Shown piece after piece: positions 9,097 to 16,561 of a stretch of DNA of 64,000 bases (positions within the stretch are counted from its first letter, which is position 1; the number at the start of each line of letters is the position of its first letter). Source of the DNA: Syntrophales bacterium (GTDB taxonomy: Bacteria > Desulfobacterota > Syntrophia > Syntrophales > PHBD01). Made by a program: the position numbers and the translations under genes. The stretch lies in contig OY764159.1 of the NCBI GenBank assembly GCA_963668175.1, positions 3,456,001 to 3,520,000 of the forward strand. The letters run 5' to 3'. Under the pieces are notes generated by a model. That model searched no databases. It saw only the letters and a list, made by a program, of their open reading frames with translations, and was not told the DNA's origin.

Positions 9097-10020
9097 CTAT
9101 GGAACAAATAAATGGCGTCGTACTAGCCCACGGTATATGCCTAAAGTAAGAGCATCAAAACCATTGAAAAAACTTTCCATATGAAAAAGGTGTCGCTCAC
9201 CGTCACGCCCGGTAAAAATAACATCATCTTCTCCAAGGGGGCCACCACGTGCCCTTGACGCGTATCGCTGTATAGCAGTAAATACTTGGTTCTCCGTGAC
9301 ATCGCCAAAGCGATCACGAAAAGCAGGAGACTCAATGAAGTGACGACACGGTCTCGATGGATCGAAGTCAACTGCCAGATTTCTTGGGTGACCAGAAATG
9401 ACCCCAAATATGGGTTGATCCTTATGTGCTTCTTCAACAAGTCGCCAAAGAGTCATTGTGATAGTATTTCCGAACGTTTTGGCGAGGGTACGTGCTGTTT
9501 TTAAAGTTAAGGGAAGGTCTTGAGCCTCTTGGACAAAACGATCTCTCAAAAACAAGAGTTGTCCTGATCCAAAATTCGCCTCGGCTTCTAACTTCTCATG
9601 ACACGAGTGTCGTAATGTCTCTCCATCATCGCCATAGAAATAAGGACCGTGATGTGGGGTGATGCTGTGAATGATTTCATGGCTTTCCGCGTGGCGCTTT
9701 TTGAGATCGTGGATGCTATCGTCGATTAGAATGCGTTTGCGATCAGGAAGCCAAAGCGCTCTTAGTCCTGCCTTTTGGATTACATCGATAATGAGTGTCG
9801 GCCGCAACGCGAGTTGCTTAGCCCCCACTTTGATCCTACTAACGTACTCTCGAAGAGGGGCAGTTTGTACTGTGCTGTAAAATTGCCGGTCGAGCTCCAG
9901 CAGCTCTCGAACATCGCGAAGATCAAGTGGAGGCTCTGGATTCCCAAGTCCCCGGAGAACCTTGTCCACTTGATCCTTGATATCTTGAGCCGCATAGGGA
10001 TCGACCGGCAGATTCTTCAT
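9097..10020 (-). CDS. ImmA/IrrE-family Zn metallopeptidase (CapP-like)
   Basis: KRHAESHEIIH (HExxH) followed by EAEANFGSGQLLF and an HTH-like segment. Confidence 0.82.
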   Translation of the reverse strand: MKNLPVDPYAAQDIKDQVDKVLRGLGNPEPPLDLRDVRELLELDRQFYSTVQTAPLREYVSRIKVGAKQLALRPTLIIDVIQKAGLRALWLPDRKRILIDDSIHDLKKRHAESHEIIHSITPHHGPYFYGDDGETLRHSCHEKLEAEANFGSGQLLFLRDRFVQEAQDLPLTLKTARTLAKTFGNTITMTLWRLVEEAHKDQPIFGVISGHPRNLAVDFDPSRPCRHFIESPAFRDRFGDVTENQVFTAIQRYASRARGGPLGEDDVIFTGRDGERHLFHMESFFNGFDALTLGIYRGLVRRHLFVP

Positions 10021-10559
10021 TGATCTGTATGCTCCCTCAGAAATCTCACAAACTGATTGAGAAGATTCTGCTCTTCCCGAGAGAGCTTGGAAATGTTTTG
10101 CGAACTCGCAGCAAAGCGTACGACTTCTTCTCGCACTTCTTCACTCACTTGCACAGCACCAGAAAGAACCACTAAAATCCTTGATGGCAACTTGAAATAC
10201 TGTTCTAACTGAAAAATCGTGCGCGGATTTGGGTCAAATGTTGGATCAAGCTCAATCTGTCGAAGTTCACCAACGTCAATTCGCGCTTCGGAGGCAAGTT
10301 GCTCAGGGGAGAGTCGCTCTCTACGTCGGAGCATCTGAATCAGCGTTCCAAGTCCCCGGTGCATGTCAGGTAGGTCATCGGTCTTTTCAACACTATCGAG
10401 TGCTCTCTTGACAACATCTCGACTTTCGTCTGCAAGAGAATCAAAGTCCTTGCTCGCGCCCTCAAGAGCCTCCCGGAGTTCCTGTTCAGATGCCTCGTGG
10501 ATAACATCTCTCAGTGCGCGATTTATCCTTACCTTTCTAATCCCTCCTGTTGATCTCAT
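10017..10559 (-). CDS. XRE-family HTH protein with N- and C-terminal helical extensions
   Basis: LGTLIQMLRRRERLSPEQLASEARIDVGELRQIE; stop overlaps the peptidase start (ATGA). Confidence 0.78.
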   Translation of the reverse strand: MRSTGGIRKVRINRALRDVIHEASEQELREALEGASKDFDSLADESRDVVKRALDSVEKTDDLPDMHRGLGTLIQMLRRRERLSPEQLASEARIDVGELRQIELDPTFDPNPRTIFQLEQYFKLPSRILVVLSGAVQVSEEVREEVVRFAASSQNISKLSREEQNLLNQFVRFLREHTDQ

Positions 10560-10576
10560 TAAATAACCTCCCTTTC

Positions 10577-11116
10577 TTATAAATGTCGCACGTAATGGCG
10601 TCTAATTCTTTTCATGATAGTCTCATACTGTACTTTTCCTATGCCGAGTTCTTGTTGGATCTCGGACGCCGAAAAGCCCTCGCTTTTTAAAACTAGGAGG
10701 TCGCGAGCCATTTGATCTTCTTTAAATAAGTCTAGTATATTGTTTAGTTCTTCGTATGCTGATTGTCTTTCCAGAGGGTCAAACAATGGGCCTGCTATGT
10801 CAACTTCACGATCTTCAATCGATTCTGTACTGTGAGAAATGCTTGATTCAATTATATGTCCGGAATCGCTTTCCATTACCCTGTCCAAGTGTTTGATGAT
10901 AGATACGCTTTTGTTCCATCTCCTCCGACCGTCAAGTGTCTTCGTTATCGCTTCGTGTAGTAAATCATTGGGTTCGATAACCGAACCTTTCACGCGAGTG
11001 CGGCAAAAACTGCGTGCGATAAGGTTTAATTTAACATAATCCATCGGTCCGAGGGTCTCCATGGCCACTCGGGCTTCTTCACGTGTAGCGTACTGTTTAG
11101 CAATGTCAATTATCAT
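10577..11116 (-). CDS. ECF/sigma-70-like RNA polymerase sigma factor
   Basis: Region-2-like EPNDLLHEAITKTLDGRRRW and region-4 HTH EGFSASEIQQELGIGKVQYETIMKRIRR; GGAGGT RBS before the ATG at 11116. Confidence 0.72.
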   Translation of the reverse strand: MIIDIAKQYATREEARVAMETLGPMDYVKLNLIARSFCRTRVKGSVIEPNDLLHEAITKTLDGRRRWNKSVSIIKHLDRVMESDSGHIIESSISHSTESIEDREVDIAGPLFDPLERQSAYEELNNILDLFKEDQMARDLLVLKSEGFSASEIQQELGIGKVQYETIMKRIRRHYVRHL

Positions 11117-11481
11117 TTTCGCACACCTCCTACTACCTATTGCCCACAGCAAGGCGCATCACGGACATCGCAAGAGAATTTCTTTGATTTTTTAAACTCT
11201 CTATAAAGGTCAGTCCGCAGTTTATACAAAAATGTTTAAATTTACGAATTTGCTGATATTTAGAAGAAAGGATTTTAACATAATCTAGTACTCAATAGGG
11301 AATAATTCCAGCCTGCGATGAATTTTGTTACCATATCGGTTACCATTTTTTCTGAAAACTAAGGATATTTCAAAAGATTGACAGGGAGGGGACTTTTGGT
11401 AACAACAATTTATAACGTAATATATTTAGATCGTTATCAATCCAAAGCGCATTAAAGAAACCTATGAATAATGATGAGTAT

Positions 11482-11525
11482 GGGACTCAAAATCCCCCCT
11501 TCCTTGGGTAAATGTCGGTTTCAGC
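11482..11525 (+). other. Degenerate tRNA-Leu(CAA) fragment (probable att remnant)
   Basis: GGGA-CTCAAAA-TCCC anticodon stem-loop, then a variable-arm-like segment and GTCGGTTTC; no 5' half. Tandem GTTACCAT repeats ~150 bp upstream resemble integrase arm sites. Confidence 0.55.
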
Positions 11526-11729
11526 TTATGAGAAAAACCAGGAATCCCGCTTCTTCCTAGCCTATAAATAGTACCTTACGCCACATTCTCATACTTATGA
11601 ATCATTATACTATACATCGAACATCTTGTCAAGGTAAGCAAACAATTACAGATAGTTAGTTGACTTCAGTAGACCTATAATGTAATGCCTTTTTTCATTG
11701 TTCTCAATTTATCAAAAGGAGAGGGTATA

Positions 11730-12377
11730 ATGACAAAAGGTTACAGAGTAGTGAACTGGAGAAATGATCAGCGGCAAATTGTAGCATCAGAACTGATTCC
11801 TCAAGGGACGATCATCATGAAAGAAGATCCACTAGTTTGGGTGAAGACCATAAATCAAAGATACGATAATCATCCGTGGGATCTAACTGATTTATTGCTC
11901 AGCGATCGTTCAAAGTTTAATATTCTGATGAGCTGGAAATTACTGAATACTACGTTCGTACCGTGGGATAATTATGATGAAAGAATTTGTAAAAGGCTTG
12001 CAAATAATTTCCGTCTCGATAATCAAACTATCAGACATTTATATGAATTAATCTGCATTAATAATCTAAGTTGCTTTAGCAAAAAATACGAAGATATTAT
12101 AGGTTATGGCATTTTTCATAACCTAAGTTTCATAAATCATGACTGTACTCCCAATTCTTCAATATCAGCTGGTAACCCGACAAGGGGGGAAATGATGCTC
12201 ACGAGTGTGAAAGAAATAGAACAGGGTGAAAGCATCACGTTCACTTATCTATCCGATTTTGAGACAAAATTAAATATAAATTACAGAAGGAAAAGCATCG
12301 AATCACAATTCGGATTCATTTGCGAATGTAACCGTTGTTCGGCCGAGACCTCTTCTGATCGCGCACATCATTTTTAA
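11730..12377 (+). CDS. SET-domain protein-lysine methyltransferase, SMYD-like architecture
   Basis: N-SET IVASELIPQGTIIMKEDP, helical insert, SFINHDCTPNS, IEQGESITFTY, post-SET FGFICECNRC; AAGGAG RBS. Confidence 0.88.
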   Translation: MTKGYRVVNWRNDQRQIVASELIPQGTIIMKEDPLVWVKTINQRYDNHPWDLTDLLLSDRSKFNILMSWKLLNTTFVPWDNYDERICKRLANNFRLDNQTIRHLYELICINNLSCFSKKYEDIIGYGIFHNLSFINHDCTPNSSISAGNPTRGEMMLTSVKEIEQGESITFTYLSDFETKLNINYRRKSIESQFGFICECNRCSAETSSDRAHHF

Positions 12378-12415
12378 TCAGTAGGTTGCCGGCTCAATTT
12401 CAACAGGGCTCACTA
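12372..12415 (+). other. Degenerate 3' half of tRNA-Lys(TTT) (probable att remnant)
   Basis: TTTTAATCAGTAGGTTGCCGGCTCAATTTCAACAGGGCTCACTA resembles the anticodon loop to CCA end of tRNA-Lys; it supplies the SET gene stop codon. Confidence 0.55.
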
Positions 12416-12514
12416 GATCAAGGGGCTGCGAATGTGACGCCTTCGGGCTTTTTGACAGAATCGTTGTGTTTTCTCATAATCATCTCGTTATCAATCAAAA
12501 TGATAATGAACATT

Positions 12515-12928
12515 ATCATCTAAGGAGATGACGAACATCATCGAAAGGGATGACAAAGTCTAAGAAAAAGCCTTCTGTCATCAAAAGGAATGACGAGCGG
12601 CAATTGAAAATTTATCTTCGCCGTCAGTGAATCCTACGTACAGCCGGATGATACTCTTTAACGTCCTTATCTTCGAGTTTGCGCAAGAAAATATCCGTTT
12701 CTGGTATGAAGAATAAGGTTAAAAAATGCGCTGCATATAAACCAGTTTAATCATCGAGGCGAAAAGAATTGGGGGGTTCGGTGCCGCATCATCTGATCGT
12801 TTCATATTCACACTCCTGCCACGCTACAGGGCAACTAAAAACCTCATGCCTCCGCTATGCTATGGTCTTCCGGACTTTTCTTTCAACCGTTATCAGAAGT
12901 GATAACGCTTGTCATCAATTGGGATGAC
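12515..12928. repeat. Second cluster of RTCATC-N6-GATGAC palindromes
   Basis: Copies at 12515-12532, 12537-12554, 12577-12594 (one mismatch) and 12911-12928, plus variant GTTATC-N6-GATAAC at 12889-12906. Confidence 0.88.
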
Positions 12929-13558
12929 ATTCCCGATGCATCGCTACCAAAACACCGTCCACAATTGGCCTTTATTGACCGGTCTCAGGTCGCGGCAAAG
13001 CGCGCCACGACTCGATCGCTTCGTATAAGGGCCACCCTACGACGATACCCGGCAGGCTGAAGCCCTGTCCCTCTGTACACTAACCCGATAGCCAAGACAC
13101 TACCTGGGGCGGCGGGATCTTTGCTGTTTCAGATGATTACAGATGAACAACAAAGACCTGGAATAAGGGGGCTGCACAGCAGCTCCTTTAGAGCCGCGCC
13201 CCCTGCCCCTTGAGGGGCAGAGTTGGCGCGGCGAGCAGTCGCCTCCGTCCTGCTAAAAGCATTAGCGGCTTACGCCGCTGTAGCCGGCACAAGGCCGGCC
13301 ATGATCTATTGTTAAGGGTGAAGGGATATTATTCATCGGAAGCCGTTAATCAGTCTGTGTGAAATAAAATATACACCCGTGGCCGGAGGCGCAGCCGAAG
13401 GCGAGGGGAACCCCCGGAGATCGGGGGTAGGGGGCTGTGAGGTTTTAATCTTTTATCTCTATATTTTTTAGTTAAAGGCAGGCGCGTCACCTGTAAATAT
13501 GTGTAAACAATGCATGGACGTCCAACTGGCTGATATCGTGAGTTTGTAGCTTTACTGC

Positions 13559-13630
13559 ATGTCCTTTTTCGGACTTCGCTATGTCCATTTTCGGAGCTCA
13601 TTATGTCCGTTTTCGGAGGTCACTGTGTCC
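13559..13630. repeat. Iterons (22-bp period) of a plasmid-type replication origin
   Basis: ATGTCCnTTTTCGGA at 13559, 13581 and 13603 and partial GTGTCC at 13625; AT-rich flanks; directly upstream of rep. Confidence 0.85.
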
Positions 13631-13675
13631 ATGATAAATTAATAATGGCATATAAATGCCAATGCAGAAAAACTA

Positions 13676-13703
13676 TTGACATAGTAAAAAAAAGTGATAG
13701 AAT
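13676..13703 (+). promoter_or_regulatory. Sigma70-type promoter of rep
   Basis: TTGACA-16nt-TAGAAT upstream of the rep start. Confidence 0.6.
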
Positions 13704-13725
13704 CAAGAAATAAAAGGTGATTATT

Positions 13726-14721
13726 ATGGTTGACTCTGAAATCATTAAAAAAGCAGGCCTGCCACAGGCGATAAATAAACACTCAGCTGCGATCCATATA
13801 TCTGGCAACGAGCTAACATTGCTGCAGAGAAAGGCCTTCAATATATTGCTGGCTAATGCCTATAATGAGTTGGAAACTAAGGAGAAGCATACTATTAGAA
13901 TTTGGGACATACTTAGTTGCACAGGATGGCACGATGCAGAAACGCTCAAGAAGGCTCTTGTTGCTCTCAGCACTACAGCCGTCCAATGGAACATCTTGCG
14001 TAAGGATGACGACCGGGAAAAGGGCACGAGTGAGTGGGGAGTGGCAACTTTGCTCGCCGAAGCAGTTATTACGGACGACACCGTTTTAACTTATGCATAC
14101 TCGCCGACCATGCGTAAAAAATTATTCAATCCAACCATATACGCACGAATCAATTTGGCGATGCAGAAAAAATTTGCCTCCAAATATTCTCTGGCTTTAT
14201 ACGAACTGGCGGTGGATTACTTCATTCGGGCTCGCGGGAAAGGCAGAACCGGATGGATCGTCCTGGATGATTTTAAAAGGATTCTTGGCTGCGAATACGA
14301 AAAGAAGTATAGAAGTTATGGCGAACTAAACAGGCATATCATTCAAAAAGCGATAAATGAGATAAATGACAAATCGGATCTTCAGGTCACATACGAAACG
14401 AAGCTGGCCCGTGGGAAAGGCCGGAAAGTCATTGCTGTGAAATTTGGAATTAGTCGGAATGAATACAAAACAGCTTATTTTGACAAGATGTACGGGCCGA
14501 AACACAAGGAACCAGATCTCGAAACCCAGCTGGCCAAGCGCCTCCGAGACGAATTCTTGCTTAGCGAGAACCAGGTGGTTTATGCGCTAGAGATGCATTC
14601 TGCCCGCATCATGGACATACTTGATGAGGTCAAAAAAAATAATGATGCCGGTTTGGTCGAAAACATCGGCAGTTACACGTGGGATAAGATCAAGAATAAT
14701 TACATTCCGCCCGCTCGATAA
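13726..14721 (+). CDS. repB: Plasmid replication initiator, Rep_3/RepB family
   Basis: ELTLLQRKAFNILL, SKYSLALYEL, YGELNRHIIQKAINEIN and GRKVIAVKF are typical winged-helix initiator motifs; adjacent iterons. Confidence 0.88.
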   Translation: MVDSEIIKKAGLPQAINKHSAAIHISGNELTLLQRKAFNILLANAYNELETKEKHTIRIWDILSCTGWHDAETLKKALVALSTTAVQWNILRKDDDREKGTSEWGVATLLAEAVITDDTVLTYAYSPTMRKKLFNPTIYARINLAMQKKFASKYSLALYELAVDYFIRARGKGRTGWIVLDDFKRILGCEYEKKYRSYGELNRHIIQKAINEINDKSDLQVTYETKLARGKGRKVIAVKFGISRNEYKTAYFDKMYGPKHKEPDLETQLAKRLRDEFLLSENQVVYALEMHSARIMDILDEVKKNNDAGLVENIGSYTWDKIKNNYIPPAR

Positions 14722-14799
14722 ATCAAAGATATCCTTGTTTCCTAGACAATAGACGTAAAAAAACCGTCAGCCGGGAATTCATACGCTATTGACATGTGG

Positions 14800-15210
14800 T
14801 CATTTCTCGTCGGCAAATCCAACATCATGTCGGCTCTTAAAATGGCGCACATTACTCTTAATCAGGTGTGTTTCACCACTTCTCCTTGGTTCGATGCATG
14901 CGAGGTCATAAAGAAATTCGCCATTATTTAAATTTTCCATCAGTCGTTTTATATCTTCGACTTTCCATGCAGTACAACGTGGTGATAACTTTACTGGTCT
15001 GGGGTACCTGCCAGACTTGACACCTGCCCACCAATTAGATCGAGAAATTGGGATGATAGGGGGAATTGGTGGGTCCGATTTCGGATCTCCTAGGATTTGC
15101 CATATGCGCAAATAGCCTGTTTGAGGTAAATAATTACTCCCATTATTCTCACTGATGTTACTGGATCCGATTTCCATTCCTGTACTCATTTTTCCGTCTA
15201 GCTGTTTCAT
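14800..15210 (-). CDS. AlpA-family excisionase / regulator (start uncertain)
   Basis: GYLRIWQILGDP...IPISRSNWWAGVKSGRYPRPVKLSPRCTAWKVEDI. Confidence 0.8.
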   Translation of the reverse strand: MKQLDGKMSTGMEIGSSNISENNGSNYLPQTGYLRIWQILGDPKSDPPIPPIIPISRSNWWAGVKSGRYPRPVKLSPRCTAWKVEDIKRLMENLNNGEFLYDLACIEPRRSGETHLIKSNVRHFKSRHDVGFADEK

Positions 15211-15472
15211 AATCTTCGGTCTCCCGTTAAAATTCCCGTTTGCGCATGAGCAATAGTCGTTTATCCACTTTTCTATTCCTGTTACCATAGTGAGCGACAC
15301 AACTGGACGATCAATTTTGAATAGTCTTAACTAATCTTGGGTACAGGCTTTGGGGCGTCGAGTCAGTTGATGGAATTAAGCACCCCTATTTCTTGCGGTA
15401 GAAATGCGGTAGTTGTAAAATCAGACAGTTACGATATGATTTATAAATTTTATCAATATTTTCAACACTAAA

Positions 15473-15500
15473 ACGCGGGTTCGACTCCCGCCGCCCCCAG
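15473..15500 (+). other. tmRNA (ssrA) 3'-end-like att site
   Basis: ACGCGGGTTCGACTCCCGCCGCCCCCA is a T-arm plus acceptor strand like tmRNA 3' ends; tandem TGCGGTAG repeats ~70 bp upstream; hairpin downstream. Confidence 0.7.
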
Positions 15501-15530
15501 AATGTTAATCGATAAAGTCCAACGAAGTGC

Positions 15531-15558
15531 AAAACCCGCTAAAAACAGCGGGTTTTTT
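15531..15558 (+). terminator. Rho-independent terminator after the att site
   Basis: AAAACCCGCT-AAAAAC-AGCGGGTTTTTT. Confidence 0.7.
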
Positions 15559-15581
15559 GTTGGGTTGCTCGATCTTTTCCG

Positions 15582-15610
15582 TTGACAATTGTATACGTCT
15601 GCGATATACA
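15582..15610 (+). promoter_or_regulatory. Promoter/operator of the brnTA module
   Basis: TTGACA-17nt-TATACA with overlapping inverted repeat TGTATA...TATACA. Confidence 0.55.
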
Positions 15611-15616
15611 TGATCC

Positions 15617-15931
15617 ATGGATACCGGGGACATCATATCTCGATGCACCGGCTTCGACTGGGATGACGGGAACCTGCTTAAAAATTGGGAGAAGCACGGT
15701 GTATCGGCATCGGAATGCGAGCAGGTATTTTTCAATTTACCGCTCGTCGCAAGTCCCGATGTCGGGCATTCCGGGCAAGAGGCACGGTATTATACGTTAG
15801 GAAAAAGCGACGCCGGCAAATACCTTTTTATCGTTTTCACGGTAAGGAACAACCTGATACGGGTCATCTCCGCGAGAGGCATGAGTCGCCGGGAGAAGGA
15901 GGCTTATAAACACCATGAAAAGAATACCTAA
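15617..15931 (+). CDS. brnT: BrnT-family ribonuclease toxin
   Basis: FDWDDGNLLKNWEKHGVS...FIVFTVRNNLIRVISAR. Confidence 0.88.
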   Translation: MDTGDIISRCTGFDWDDGNLLKNWEKHGVSASECEQVFFNLPLVASPDVGHSGQEARYYTLGKSDAGKYLFIVFTVRNNLIRVISARGMSRREKEAYKHHEKNT

Positions 15932-16178
15932 ATTCAAGACGGAAGAGGAAGAACGCGAATTTTGGGCCAATGCCGATTCGTCCGAATATATTGACTGGTC
16001 GAAGGCAAAAGGGGTTCTGCTTCCCAATCTCAAGCCTTCGGTGAGAACGATTTCCCTGCGCCTGCCCAAAATCATGCTGGAAGAGCTGAAGCTGATCGCC
16101 AACAAGAGAGACGTTCCCTATCAATCGCTCATCAAGATTTTCTTATCCGAGCGCATTGCGAAAGAGATAAAGGCCTGA
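15915..16178 (+). CDS. brnA: BrnA/CopG-type RHH antitoxin
   Basis: IPKFKTEEEEREFW...TISLRLP...DVPYQSLIK; overlaps brnT. Confidence 0.85.
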   Translation: MKRIPKFKTEEEEREFWANADSSEYIDWSKAKGVLLPNLKPSVRTISLRLPKIMLEELKLIANKRDVPYQSLIKIFLSERIAKEIKA

Positions 16179-16200
16179 TCCATTGCCCGGCCGGGCTGCC

Positions 16201-16231
16201 GGACGCGGGCTTGATCCCGCCGCCTCCACTA
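16201..16231 (+). other. Second, more degenerate tmRNA-3'-like att copy
   Basis: GGACGCGGGCTTGATCCCGCCGCCTCCACTA, similar to 15473-15500; followed by a hairpin and T-tract at 16278-16320. Confidence 0.6.
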
Positions 16232-16450
16232 TAATGCAAATAATATCTATTAGTTACAAGAAACTAAGTATTACCAACCCCTTGCCGGATTACTCTTTTA
16301 ACGGCAGGGGATTTTTTATTTTCCGGAATACTGGCAAAATCATTTGTCAAGCTTGTCTCATCTTATTGCATCAATGCTTTTTTCCTCGGGATATCCAAAG
16401 ATGCCCAATCGCCGGGGGCGCGCTCATATTTCCGGATCCGCTTTAAAATA

Positions 16451-16473
16451 AAGGCGGGGGTCGGCCCCGCCTT
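16451..16473 (-). terminator. Terminator hairpin downstream of abfD copy 1
   Basis: AAGGCGGGG-GTCGG-CCCCGCCTT with A/T-rich flanks. Confidence 0.55.
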
Positions 16474-16561
16474 CTTTTCCAAATCACGCCTTCTTTTCCA
16501 CATACCGTCTTGATTCCCGCGAATCCATTCCGCGGCGCTTTCTTATAATCGTTCGGGCGGC

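Larger units (their letters stand above)
1..15500. mobile_element. Right part of an integrated plasmid-like element / defence island (left end outside window)
   Basis: Visibly lower GC than the sequence after 16.4 kb; carries a resolvase, iterons, a Rep initiator, AlpA and defence-type genes; ends at a tmRNA-3'-like sequence. No integrase is visible in the window. Confidence 0.8.

Noticed and set aside
11482..12415. Functional tRNA-Leu or tRNA-Lys genes
   Set aside because: The 5' halves are absent and the T-arms are degenerate; kept only as att-like remnants.
15473..16231. Intact tmRNA or tRNA gene
   Set aside because: Only ~30-nt 3'-end fragments are present, with no 5' acceptor strand or tag reading frame.
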